From Octopus sinensis (lineage: Eukaryota), in contig NC_043002.1 in the NCBI RefSeq assembly GCF_006345805.1, forward strand, positions 38,502,001-38,566,000: a stretch of DNA of 64,000 bases, in the 5' to 3' direction. Of the stretch, positions 25,251-38,761 are shown in pieces; within the stretch, counting starts at the first letter, position 1; every line of letters begins with the position of its first letter. The notes beneath the pieces were generated by a model that was given only the letters and a program-made list of their open reading frames with translations, was not told the DNA's origin and did not search any database. The translations under genes and the position numbers were made by a program.

Positions 25251-26925
25251 TTATAGACAAAAATCATTAATTTTTTTATCTGATTATAATATATATTGGA
25301 ACTTCCTGTTTATTTAAGCATTTAAGTTTTCTTGGAAGCTTCTGCAACACTCTTGAAATAATTTTGATACCTTTAACAACAATGATACGGCACTTTATGT
25401 TTGATTTGAAACAATACCTCAATGTATCGTATGCACTTTATGCTCATTTTTTATATATTAGCTAGCGGCACCAATCTGGACTTGTGTCGACCGTTTTTAT
25501 GTACAGTTTATATTTATATAAGGTGACTGTAATGGCATGAACGTTACACTCATTTTCATATTTTATTAGCTAACTGCATAAATAGGCAATTCATGGTCAT
25601 TTTTTTCTATTATATCTCACAGCAATATGTGCACTTTATGCTCATGTTTCAATATCTTTCCTGACTGTAATATGTGCGATCATTATTTCTGTTTTAGTGA
25701 AATGCTATGCTATGCTATTTGCGATCTTTTTTTTTGTCATGTCTTAGTTGACTGCATTAATATTCAACTTGTTTTTGTCTTAGTTCACTTATTTAGACTT
25801 ATTACAGTACCACATTTCCTATTGAAGTTGTATATTAACGATTGTTTCAGTCTCCCTGCAGTATAATTAATGGTCTATAGTTATATATCCTAAAATGATA
25901 AAAGCATCGATATCGATTGCATTTTAACCTCACAGTGTATATTATACATCTCATCCAACATACTGCTATATCTACAAATCCATAGCCTGGCAATATATCC
26001 GAATCGATAAGTTGTGTAAATATCACGCGGAGAATCAACAGTTTGAATTTCTTTACAAATGTTGTATTGTCTCCTTAACAAAGACACTAAATTGTTAAAG
26101 TACAGGATAATCGAACTATAAAAAGCCATAGAGGAAAGATAAAAGTAATCCTTTTATATAACCATGCTCTGGGTATTTAATAGTTTTATTTATTATCCTA
26201 AACCGGTCTTTCCCAAACTTTTTTTCTTTATATTAACCCTTAAAATATATTTCTATGTTGTGGAATCTCGATATCATGCTTATTACATACTTTTGTTAAA
26301 CTTTTCTTTCACTTTCTTAAATTGAATTTTACATGACAATGAAATATTAAATCAAACGCCTCACCACTGCCTAAGACTGCTTCACAAACGTCCCCTCAAC
26401 TAAGAACAAATACACTTATAAGTCTCTCTTAAGGAGTCGTTCTTTGTCTGTAAGGTCCTGTTACTAATTACAGCTACCAAGTATTCATTACTCTAGGGAA
26501 TTTTAGGAGTGTGTATAATAAAATTACAAATATAAAAAGTATACACAAAATAACTTGCATATAGTTAGCATATTCATCAATACTTTGAGTTGATTGTCTT
26601 CTTTCTCTCAGAAAACCCTTCATTTCAAGGAAACTCCGGTTTGAAAATGTTGTCCTTGCTTACTCAAACTTTGTAAATTTCTTTCGGTGATCTTTTCATA
26701 TGGAAATTTATTTTCTTATGAAAATATATGTGGGTATATTCTTCCATTCTATATCTGATTGTTTAGTAACTGTCTTATCGGATAGACTCAATTTATATAT
26801 TTTAGACTTGTTTGACCTAATTGTCTTTCAGTGATGCTTATCATTATGGGTTGGTAGTTTTCTTTTCAACTTAGCCAAGCATGTTTGTATAGCGTTCATT
26901 GTCATTCTTATATTTTAGAGCTTCT

Positions 26926-27140
26926 AAGGCGGTGAGTTGGCAGAAACATTAGCATGTAGGGTGAAATGCTTAGCAGTATTTCATCTGTCCTTACGTTCTG
27001 AGTTCAAATTCCGCTGAGGTCGACTTTGCCTTTCATCCTTTCGGGGGTCGATAAATTAAGTACCAGTTGCATACTGGGGTCGATCTACTCGACTGACCCC
27101 CTCCCCCAAAATTGTGAGCTTCGTGCCTAGAGTATAAAAG
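26926..27140 (+). mobile_element. SINE family C copy
   Basis: Matches family C consensus including B box gagttcaaattcc. Confidence 0.85.
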
Positions 27141-29914
27141 TATATTTTAAGGTTCTGAGAGGAAGTTATCCTCCTAAAAGGTGTTCAAGTTGAAATGCTT
27201 GTAATCCAGTAATTTCCGCATTTAATATCACCAATTGGTGATGTTATTTGGAGATTATAACTTAAGAACCGAGGACACAAATGACTGGAACAAATATAGC
27301 AAAGCATATCGTCTGACTCTCTAAACCTGCTGCCATTCAATCGTCCTGGCCTGGGAATTTCATCCGAAAGTATGAAAGACAAATTAGACTTCGGATGGAT
27401 TTGGACTCGGAATAACCCGAATGGATTTGGACCCGATACAAAGACTGAAGAGTGTCTTGATCTGGTATCAGACAGTTCTGCTTGTCCCTGTGTACAAATG
27501 TAAGTGTAGGTTTCTGTGACATTTGACTTCTTGTACAGATGATTTTAAGGCATGCATCGTTCGTTACAACCAACAGTTTAAACAGCATTTCCAACATCGA
27601 ATTTTATAACTGGTCAAATGTAACTAAATCGGAAAATAAACACTCATTGTGAATATGGTAAAATAATACACAATAGAGTATTCACAGTTTAAAGTAGCCT
27701 AAATACAAGCCTGATTTTCGCCTGTAGCAAAGTCATGAATGTATTCATTGAAATCTTAAAGCAATCTCTGTTCATTGCTCTCTTCTGTGGTACATCTATT
27801 TCATCTATTTTTGTACAAGACGTTTTCAAAATTTCTCTTGATTTGCTGAAACTTCTGCTAGGACGATCAAGACATTCTTATGCCGTTAAAAATAACCATT
27901 CCTAACATATTTTTTACCCATACAGTAGATTAACTAGTTATAGCTTTCCTTTCGTAGCATCTACAAGTATATCTAGGGTTAATGTGATAGCATTTCTATC
28001 GTTGTCAATTACTTTGACTGATATATTTTTACTATATGTATTCGTTAATGAGAAAATATCTTTCTTCCTAGAATCTAAGTAGTAGCAGTTACAGTATTTA
28101 CACCGTTTGCTTTTTTTTTTTCAATCTACGCTTTTAAATACCTCACTTGGTATATTTTATTCTTATATTGTTTAAGCAAACCTCAGCTCCTCAAAAGCTT
28201 TTTAAAAGTTTCTATTTTTAGATTTCACTTTTTTATGTCTTTTTTCTTATACCTCTTTCTCCAGAGATTATGATTCTTCTACAATCAAATTCCTCCACTT
28301 AGCCATTGTATATTCTACTTTCTTTGAACAAAACAGTATTCGTTCGTGATCATTATCTGCCATACCTTGTTTATCACTTCGCATTTTTATTTCATTGCCA
28401 GGTCAACTATAAAGTTTGTTTTCTTTCTCAAACTTGACATGTCTGTTTTCAGTTTTACTTATCACTTTATCTTCGTTGTTGTTGCTGTTGTTGTTGCTGC
28501 TGCTATTGCTGTTGTTGCTTTTATTTGTTTAGCTCCAGGTCAGACCTAATTAAGGAAACCTATGATCAAAGGCGTTCTAGCAATGATAATCCCATTTTTA
28601 TGTTGTATTATTATTTTTTTATGTACAAGATGGTATTTGTAATTTGGATGAGATTTGACTGGTATTTCAGGCAGCTGCCAAACAGGTGATTCTGGGGATT
28701 CCCTTAAAAATTCTATCTCCAGATATGATTTGCTGAACTGAGCCACGTTCATCAAACACCTAACTTCTACAACTACTTATCCAAGATTTTGTTTCTTCCG
28801 TTAATTCCTCTTTGACTAGAATTTTCGTTCGAATTTGGATCTTCTGTGAAGAATTTCGAGGCTATTTTCACTTTGCACATAAATAACACATTCACTGACA
28901 CTCCGTGTCTCTTCTTCATGCGCTTGCTTGGCACATTAAAATCTAAATGAATATGCCACGTTCCATTCCAATTACCATCAGGTATTCTAAGCCCACCTAT
29001 CAACCTGAGAAAACTTTGTATGAACTGCTTAAGCAAATAATTGAATTGTAGATATTTTCCTCATTCAAGTGTTATTTTCCGACTTGAGAAGAACTGCCTA
29101 ACCCATTGAAATAATATGCAGAGTAAGATCTTCCAGCTGCAATGCAAGATACATTATTTCATGTTACCCTTAATTACTTGCTCCAAAATCGTGAATGGGG
29201 GTCAATGAAATGCACAGGACAGAGTTTTTCTTTTCTTTTTCATGTGCTTCGTTTTATCCGTCTCATTTATCTATAAACTATTAAATGCTTTTGACTTTCT
29301 TTAGCTATTTCTTAGTTATAATTCATATTGATGGAAAAGCCGAAACTATATAAGTAGAACATTTAAAGCACATAATACTTAACAAAGCCATAAAGTGAAT
29401 AAAAGCATTTAAAATGGATGCCATGAAGTAGAAAATGTGAAAAACAAAGTAGATAAGAAAACAACTCAGCCAAATTCTAGAACATTTACGGAAATTCACC
29501 AATAACAACCGAGGTACAAGAAAGCAAAATAAATGAATAAAACATATAAGAAAGAATTATAGACTGAAAATTTTGAAGTTAAAGATTATGAATATGACAT
29601 CAATCGAAATGTTGAAATTGTTAAAATGTTAAAATTAAAGGAAGCCCTTCCAACGGACCAATGTAAGCACCTTTGAAGGAAAGCTCTCAACGGTGAAATA
29701 TCAACGCTTCTTTAAATGTCATTGCAGACTTAATGAAAATTGACAGGGACAATGAAATCGCCAAGATAGACGAAATATTTGTAGCTAACAGATACAGTAA
29801 GTTACATAAAAATATAAGTACTCCCTCTTATATACTGTTATAGATACATCAAAACTACATGCAAGAAAATGTAGACAATAATAGAAATAATATGTCATAC
29901 CTTAATGAAAGGAG

Positions 29915-30072
29915 CAAGCGTAGCTGTGTGGTAAAGAGCATGCTTCCCGATCACATAGTTCTGGGTTCAGTTCCACTGCGTGGCAACTTGGGCAAGTGTC
30001 TTCTTCTATAGCCTCGGTCCGACCAAAGCCTTGTGAATGGATTTGGAAGGTGTAAACTGAAAGAAACCCGTC

Positions 30073-30127
<55 letters not shown>

Positions 30128-30128
30128 A

Positions 30129-30179
<51 letters not shown>

Positions 30180-30484
30180 CATACATATATACATGGAGGC
30201 GCAATGGCCTAGTGGTTACGGCAGTTTGTAGGATCGCGGTTTCGATTCCCAGACCGGGCGTTGTAAGTGTTTATTGAGCGAAAGCACCTAAAGCTCCACG
30301 AGGCTCCGGCAGGGGGGGGGGGCGATCCCTGCTGTACTCTTTCGCCACAACTTTCTCTCACTCTTTCCTCTGTTGGCCTACTCGCTTAGCCAGCGGGGTG
30401 GCGTCACTTGAAGGCTAAAACAATGCAAAGCGCGTTGTGACCAGCGATGTGTAGCGACATCTGATAGCCTGGTCGGTCACGGTG

Positions 30485-30530
<46 letters not shown>

Positions 30531-30920
30531 TTCTCCTACCACCACCGCTTAGCAACTATGCGATCGGGAAGCATGCTCTTTACCACACAGCTACGCTTGC
30601 GCCTTTCATTAAGAAATGACATATTATTTCTATTATTGTCTACATTTTCTTGCATGTAGTTTTGATGTATCTATAACAGTATATAAGAGTGAGTACTTAT
30701 ATTTTTATGTAACTTACTGTATCTGTTAGCTGCAAATATTTCGTCTATCCTGGCGATATCATTGTTCCTGTCAACCGGTGTTGGTGTGTTTATGGCCCCG
30801 TAACTTCGTGGTATAAGTACCAGGCTTTAAAAGATATGTACATGGGGCTGATCCATTCGACAAAAACGAGGCTGTGCTCCAGCATAGCCGCAGTCATATG
30901 ACTGAAACAAATGGCAGAAT
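29915..30920 (+). mobile_element. SINE family A copy, interrupted by a nested SINE B and an inverted templated duplication
   Basis: Head/core 29915-30075, (TA)n, nested SINE B, tail start near 30530, inverted segment 30554-30774, tail resumes at 30775. Confidence 0.75.
30195..30486 (+). mobile_element. tRNA-derived SINE family B, near full length
   Basis: ggaggcgcaatggcctagtgg (A box), ggtttcgattccc (B box), tail ...ggtcggtcacggtga. Confidence 0.8.
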
Positions 30921-31049
30921 AAAGAATAAATCAATCAGGGAAAGAAGTCACAGCTGAAGAAAAGTGAAAAATGCTAAAAAAAATATCAACATAACATTAA
31001 AATAAACATCGAAGAATATGCGAAATCAAAGAACGCATCAACCAAAAGA

Positions 31050-32170
31050 GTCTCACTAACTTGCATAACTTATATGCTGTTACCTAAAACCTCAAAAATT
31101 CTTTAAAAAAAAGCAATTTTACCCAAAATCATTTTTGAAGAACTAATACAAACTGATATATAAATAAATGCAGTGTCGACAGCAAGAGAAGTAAAAAAAT
31201 AATTTGTGAAAATGGGTATGAATAATAGTTGATTCCTCGTGGATAACCAAACAACGAACAGATTAAATGAGTAGTCAAGGGAAGCTATATCATGCCAAGA
31301 ATGAGAGTAAACACTACAGAATCAGATAACTAAAAGACAGCAGAAAATCATAAAAGTCTCATAGCAATATCTAATACGTACAGCAAGTATTAAGAAATGT
31401 GAAAAGTGGTATGGATAATAATTGACTCCTCGTAGATTGTTCGTTGTTTGGAACAGATTAATGAGTAGTCATGGGGAACTAAATCAAGCCAAGAAAGAGA
31501 GTAAGCATTACAGAATCAGATAACTAAAAGACACTAGGAAATCATAAAAGTCTCATGGAAATATCTAATATGTACAGCAATTACTAACAAAATGGTTAAA
31601 AACCCCGAATCAACATCTAACTGGTTGACAAAAACGAAAAGTGTTATTAATACCCAACAACACATTACCAGGACAAAGTAAGAGATGAAGTGAAGACTTA
31701 AATGGTTTTATAGATGAACAAAGCCATGGTGACTGGCGAAAGAGAAAGCAGTGTCCGAATTACATATGAATTGACTGACTACCAGAAGGCTCTTGATGCT
31801 TTTTCTCGATGCATTTATTGAAAGAAAAACACCAAAAATATATAGTTATATTAAGCGCGTCATAGGTAAAAAGCAAACAATTCTCCTAGTAAAGGCAAAA
31901 GAAAGAATGATGAAAATAAATCCTGTCTTTATTAGATTACAAATATCTCCAGGAAACTTGCCCTCTCGCCACTTTTCTACCTGATCTTTAAACAACATTT
32001 TAAAGCAGAATGGACACGAATGCTAGTACTTTTGTATCGAAGCGACGATAAGTTGCAGGATGTATAATGAAGATGATAAAACCTAGAAACACTCTCACAG
32101 ATAGTAGACAAATACACTAAAGTCATTGATATGAGATTCGAGTCGGAAAAATGCTCCAAAAAGAAATTTC
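31050..32170 (+). mobile_element. Degenerate R4/Dong-type reverse transcriptase remnant
   Basis: LLPK (about 31075), D.YQKALD (about 31775), LSPLFYLILN (about 31965), LLY..DDKL (about 32030), IDMRFESEKC (about 32130). Confidence 0.55.
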
Positions 32171-32676
32171 ATAAACAGAAACATTGTCATTTTAGATGAA
32201 TACACATGGACGAGAATTAACACAAACTAAATACTTAAGGGTTTATGTACTATAAGCTGTAGAATGCACAGAGTTACAGGTAAATGCTGGAAAAGGATAT
32301 TATACGTGAATTAGATTAAAATTTAAAAAGGTACTAAGTGTAAAAATATGCTTTCCTGGTAATTAGTGTGAGAAAAATGACCAACTTAACGGTAAATGAA
32401 TTAGAAAAATAAACAAGAAAATAAAGTTTGCATCAATACATCAATTCAATTATTCTTAAGAAAATATATATATTCATTGTAAGTACACTAATATAGAGGA
32501 CTAATGCAATTATACAAATATATCTTATCTTTTACTTACTTCGGTCATTGGACTGCGATCACGCTGGGGTACGGAGAGATAATCAAAGCGACACCGGTTC
32601 ACAAACGGTGGTGAATGCAGACACACACACACACACACTTGCCAATATATATATATATATATACATACACACACAC

Positions 32677-32708
<32 letters not shown>

Positions 32709-34103
32709 GCACACGCATGCGCGCGCACGCACACGCAGAGAACATGATTCCACACAATGTTCCTCAATCAAATTTGCTCAGACCTCTCAATTCAACCATA
32801 CCCGACCTTCACCTACACTGCAACAAATTTAGAGATTGAAGTTATTTTTGCAATACAGTGCTTATTCGTCTTTTTCCTGAGCTTCCTTTCTGCCGCAAAC
32901 CACGTTGTACCGGAGCATGACGATGACCAACCATGAAGAAGTTTTCTGAAAGATGCTATATAACAACTTTGATGCGACGTAGATGATTGGGCTGAACGAA
33001 GGAAACGTACTTGGTGGCTGAAGAACTTTCGGACATTAAGGTTAATGTAATGAAATTATATGAAATGTAATTATATGTAACATTTTTTCGATATTTTAAA
33101 ATTTTATCATTTACATATTTTTTTACTTTTTATTTCATTTGTGACTAGTGAACTGTTTAATTACATTATAAATATTGTACACATTAATTATTATATGAAA
33201 GTTCATATTTAGTTAAACATTAGTTTAAACGTTTATAACCACAAATTTTCATCCCATTATTATTTTAAACACTTTATTTTCCTGATGTTTTCTTTTTTGT
33301 TAATAAAAACATATACAATACATACATAGCTACATACATCCTTACACACATACACGCACATACGCACAAACATATGGATGTATGTATGTTTGTATATAAG
33401 TATATGTATGTATGAATGTATGTAAGTATATACATATTTGAAGTACACCTATATTCATTTTGTTTTTTGTTTTTAATGCTTATCGTAAAGAAATAAAACA
33501 GCATCCTATTTATCTTTATTATTCTAACATTTACTAAATAATATTCTTAATGCTATCATTATTATTATTACTCTTCGTTTGCATCATACTAGAAGCATTT
33601 TTTATTGTCATTGAGTAGGGCACTTAACTCTAATTATCTCAGACTTCATATAATCAGGAAAAAAAATAGTATTATTGTTAAGTTTTGTCTTTAGTTTTGA
33701 TGTTTTCGTTATTCTTATTGATTGTGGTTTTTGTTATTTGTTACTATCATCATCATCATCATCATGTTTATCGTTTCTCTATAACCAAATAAAGAGCTAA
33801 TATATTTTTATATTCCGTTCTGTAAAACAAATTAGTTGAAGATGACCAGTACGGTTGATTAAAAGCCAATATTTCCAATTCTGAAGTCTGAAGAAAGAAA
33901 AAAAAAGATAGATATTGAATTATATTCTACCACCATTCTAATATTGCTTATTGTATTGATTATTGAACTTCTAATTGGTTAATATTAAGGAGAGAGTGAT
34001 TTTTTTCTGATTTGGTTTTTTTATTATCGCCAAACCGAATCCTAACCTAGTCTAAACCGAAGTGATGGAGAGTATTGTTTTTACTTTGTTATAAACTAAA
34101 CTA

Positions 34104-34490
34104 GGCGTAGGAGTGGCTATGTGGTAAGTAGCTTGCTTACCAGCCACATGGCTCTGGGTTCAGTCCCACTGCGTGGCACCTTGGGCAAGTGTCTTCTACT
34201 ATAGGCTTGTGAGTGGATTTGATAGACGGAAACTGAAAGAAGCCCGTCGTATATATATATAAATATATGTATGTGTGTATATGTTTGTGGGTCTGTGTTT
34301 GTCCCCCAACCTGCTTGACAACCGATGGTGGTGTGTTTACGTCCCCGTAACTTAGCGGTTCGGCTAATGACACCGATAGAATAAGTACTACGCTTACAAA
34401 GAATAACTCCTGAGGTCGATTTGCTCGACTAAAGGCGGTCCTCCAGCATGGCCGCAGCCAAATGACTGAAACAAGTAAAAGAATAAAAGA
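34104..34490 (+). mobile_element. SINE family A, full-length copy with internal microsatellite
   Basis: ggcgtaggagtggctatgtggtaag head, gggttcagtccc B-box-like motif, internal (TA)/(TG), tail ...gactgaaacaagtaaaagaataaaaga. Confidence 0.85.
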
Positions 34491-35073
34491 ACAAACAAGA
34501 AATGAAGATGCTGCAAATGTGAACGGTTAAAACGTTGGAGGCGCTAGAGGTTAGTATGGAATTGCAAAGTTAAGATAAGTTATTTTTAGGTTTCAATTCT
34601 TGAGATCGTTGTCAATAACATTTCGCGATCTGCGATAAAAAGTGTTTAAGCTTACATACAACAAAACACCACTTCTGTAAGTTACTATCAGTAGAATATG
34701 GCATGGTTGAAGAATAGAGGGATAGAGATGACGAGGAACTTTGATACCCCAGCAATCTAGTGCTACAGAAGCAAATCCAACATTTACACAGATACACGTA
34801 TGCACGTGCATGTGTATACATACAAGTATGTATCCGCGCACGCATACTCTCGCAGTAATTATTAAGTGCGCTTAGAGGCGAAAATATCATTACATACAAA
34901 GAAAAATACTGTGCGTCTATATGCATGGTACTAATATACATACATGTGCATGTTGTGTATGTGTGTACGATAGTGCACGCGCGTGCGTGCGCGTGTGTGA
35001 ATGCTTGAGTACGTGAGAGAAAGAACATTCGTAAGTACGAAATTATGCAAATGTGTGCGTGTGCATATACATA

Positions 35074-35123
<50 letters not shown>

Positions 35124-35381
35124 TATATATATATATATATATACATATGCGCGTGTATGCTTATGTCTGCGTGCGTGTGTTTGTACATGTACGCATGCGT
35201 ATGATTGTTTTCGTTATGCAAGTTTGCCACGTGAGTCTGATTTGGCGTCTTAGTGTTATCCGCTAACATATGTCTAACATCATCAGAGCAATAAATATTG
35301 CAGGTATTTGATAAGAAATCGCTTCTAGAAAGTGCACAAATGAATACCTAGGCGGAACGAAAGTGGATACACACACACACA

Positions 35382-35423
<42 letters not shown>

Positions 35424-37854
35424 GTACGTATATGCATGTATATACATACAGCAAACGTATATGTATCATGTGTGTGTGTAGAAAGGTAGGGAGAAAGAGA
35501 ACAACAGAGAAAGCGTGCCATATCGATGGAGAATGAATAGTGTGAGAAATATTCACACAGATAAACGGACAGATAGTTAAACAAAGAGAGAGAGAGGGGG
35601 GGGGCGAAAAAAGTGAAGGCAATTTTCTTATACTAAATGCAAACAGAAGGAAATATACTTTACTTCAGTAATTATGGTATTGTTATTGTAAACTGTAGTT
35701 GCTCTTGTTGATCCTATTGTTGAGTGTTTTTATTATATTAATCGCTTCTTCTTTTTGGTATTGTTGTTGTTATCATTGCTTCTGTTATTGTTTATCGCCA
35801 GGTCAACTCCGCTCATGCAATTCTACGATAAAATATATTCAGCAGAAAGCGATCTTCCAATTTGCTTTTGTTTCTTATCCATGATATGTATTCTGGACGT
35901 ACTGGATTAATTTCTTAAAGACATATAAAACTTATATACTAACCGGTGTATCGGTCCTGTTATTTTCTAGGACGATAGTCTGTGTATTGAGGGACATCAG
36001 GCTCCTATTTATAAAAAGTTAAACAATCGGACTTTTGTTTTATCGTTTGTTTCTGTGGACGCAAACACGAGGAACTCACCCTCAAAGCTGAGACGCAATC
36101 CGAACGCTTGCAACAAAGTGAACACCATTAATGTGCGCAAGGACCAAGTGGTGGTTCTTAAATCTGATGGTGGATGCCGTTTATCTCTAAAAACACAAGA
36201 CTAAAAGAGGAAGACTCTAACGATTCGTTCCGTGCTCCAGGCTGAACCAGCGCTTCATTATAATGACCCCAAAAAGAATAAAATTTTATTTGATTTGTCT
36301 GTGCAAAGATCCGAAACAAGTATGGCAAGGAAGCCAGTTCTAATGAAATGATTGACGAAAACATACTCAACGTCTATGCCCCTCTCCCAGCCAACAAAAT
36401 GTCAGGCATTGTGCATATAGCAGAAAGTATTATTTCTAAGCTGATACGAAATTTTTTTCTATTTGACTTTTCTAGGCAAGTTTAAGTGCATCCTATTTAA
36501 TCATTTAAACATCAGCACATGTTTCTGTATAGCGAAATGTCAGCCCAGCTATGGCTGTCAAAACATTTCCATCGCATACGAGTGCTTCAAACAGCTCCTG
36601 TCTTGTACAATATTTTATTACAAGGAGGTGGGTAAAATATAAGAATCTCCATATAAAATATTTTCGAGAGGGAACTAGGATCTAAAGAGGGAATTACAGT
36701 TATACTCTTGAATGAAACTAAAAACATTTTTGTGTCTATTCCATCCACAACTGCAATATTTCTAAGATTTCACTCCTTGTCTTGTACTTTTTCAGATCCA
36801 TTTAATTACGTATATAAACACTCCTGCATTCACAATTTTCCTGCTAATTTACACACAAGCAGAGCTTACATACACTGTCTAGAAAAGTCACGTTAGTTAG
36901 TATACAGCTTTCATAAACACTCATACAGACGCATTTTTCCTTTCAAATTCTCCATATTTTACCATAATATTTGTCTTGAATTTTCTTTCTATTTGCTGCT
37001 CTTATATAACGCGCTGTGCTTATATGAACATGCTATAATGAATTTTTGAACATTACATTTTCTGATCTTTGTTGCAAACATTTGTGTTATACTTAATAAA
37101 ATTTAGCTAATTATTTTGTGTGAATACGCATTTTCGTTTTTAAAATTGTCTCTATAACTGAATATTTACGGTACTGGTTTTGCCTCAATTATATTTGTTA
37201 TTATTCCGCGAGAAATTGCTTCACATTATTTTTACCTAGTAGCCTCTTTTTGATCACATTGCATTTTTTACTTTGATAACGTTACATATTCATCACTATT
37301 CAGTAATCAAGGAGAAATATTCTTTCATGTGAAATGTAAAACGTATCACAAATGAAAAATTAAAACAAAGACTATAGCAAAGTTAATAGTAATTTTTGGA
37401 TGATACATGGTTGAATATTTGTAAACCTACTCTAAAGGCATTCCAACCTGAAGCGTTCCGTGTGTTTTATATCAGGTTCTTCATTATTTAATGTAAAATT
37501 GAAAATAAAATATTTTCACTACTTTTAACAATTATGGCCCGCAAATTCGCTATCTTCCCAGGGTCCATATTTACAAAATGGAGGCGAACACCTTTCCTTC
37601 ATTGATCGGCTTGAAAAATTGTTAAGATTCTAGGATATTTATCTACTTTTCTCAACATGAAAGCAAATAAAGAAATCATATCCACCAATTCGGGGTTGAG
37701 CCACTCATTTGCATCGTTCGACATTTACTTACGTTCGACAAAAATGAGTGATCCTCTGACGGACCGGTCACCCGTCAGAGGTGGAATGTATTCTCCACAG
37801 AATACTTATTTTAGCGGTTGTCAGGCGGTGGTGGAGGAACAAACACATACACGC

Positions 37855-37891
<37 letters not shown>

Positions 37892-37920
37892 AAAAAGGAG
37901 ATGTGGAACACGAGTTGTGA

Positions 37921-38265
37921 TATATAAAAAAGGAAATGAAGAAAATACTGACAAAATAATTTAAGTAAGGGAGAGTGTATTTAATTAGGTGAAAGTTCTT
38001 TTTACCGGTTGCGCATTTGTTATGCTTATCAAAAGATATTTTTTTAAGAGAGATAGAGTTCCTTTCTGATAGATTTTTTTCTCTTATCTGTTGCCTCTTT
38101 TAGAGAAAAAAATCTATCAGAAAGGAACTCTATCTCTCTTAAAAAATATCTTTTGATAAGCATAACAAATGCGCAACCGGTAAAAAGAACTTTCACCTTA
38201 TTAAATACACTCTCCCTTACTTAAATTATTTTGTCACCATTTTCTTCATTTCCTTTTTTTTATAT
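37921..38265. repeat. Near-perfect inverted repeat (about 163-bp arms, 17-nt spacer) carrying a hammerhead-like motif in each arm
   Basis: Arms 37921-38084 and 38102-38265; motif TTGATAA-gcat aacaa atgc-GCAA-ccg-GTA at 38153-38182 and its mirror at about 38003-38032. Confidence 0.85.
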
Positions 38266-38326
38266 ATATACACTCTCACACAAAATGATGTAAGTGACAT
38301 GTATTACTTAAAACAGTTTGAGTCGG

Positions 38327-38445
38327 TTCCATGCCACTTAAAGATTCGCGGGCTCGAAAATCAACGTAGGTATTTGAGCTTAGGTTACCTAAGTCTGAAG
38401 AGCTAGGTTCGTTTACGTTTCCAGGAATCTTTAAGTTACATGGAG
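38327..38445. mobile_element. Small MITE
   Basis: ccatgccacttaaagattc versus gaatctttaagttacatgg terminal inverted repeats; internal palindrome cttaggttacctaag. Confidence 0.55.
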
Positions 38446-38549
38446 CAAAATGAAAAAACCTTATTCAATAATTTATAAATGTATATGTATGTATGTATAT
38501 ATATATATATATGTATATATAAATATATATGTATATATATATATATATA

Positions 38550-38740
38550 TACATACAAACATGGAAACACAACAACGCGAGGGCGTAGAACAGGTATAGT
38601 GATATTAGACGCTCAGGAAGGAAAGAAAGGAGGATTTAACGTTTCGAGCGGAGCTCTTCGTCAGAAATATAGAAAGATCCGAGGAAGGGAAGACGGAGGC
38701 CAAAAAAATTTGCCAACGATACACACGCGGTCACATATTG
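38550..38740 (-). mobile_element. PLE-type terminal repeat fragment with minimal hammerhead (38634-38668)
   Basis: attt-CTGACGA-A-GAGC tcc GCTC-GAAAC-GTT-aaat; homologous to 2880-3045. Confidence 0.75.
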
Positions 38741-38761
38741 AATGGATATATATATATATCT

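Noticed and set aside
27140-27600. Short minus-strand ORFs in moderately GC-rich sequence
   Set aside because: No protein motif or splice signals recognised.
28760-29040. MCYLCAK resembling part of a RING/IBR zinc finger
   Set aside because: Surrounded by stops in that frame, and the Cys/His spacing is incomplete.
32040-32100. tgaagatg...gaaac resembling a hammerhead
   Set aside because: No stems; better explained as part of the R4-like RT remnant.
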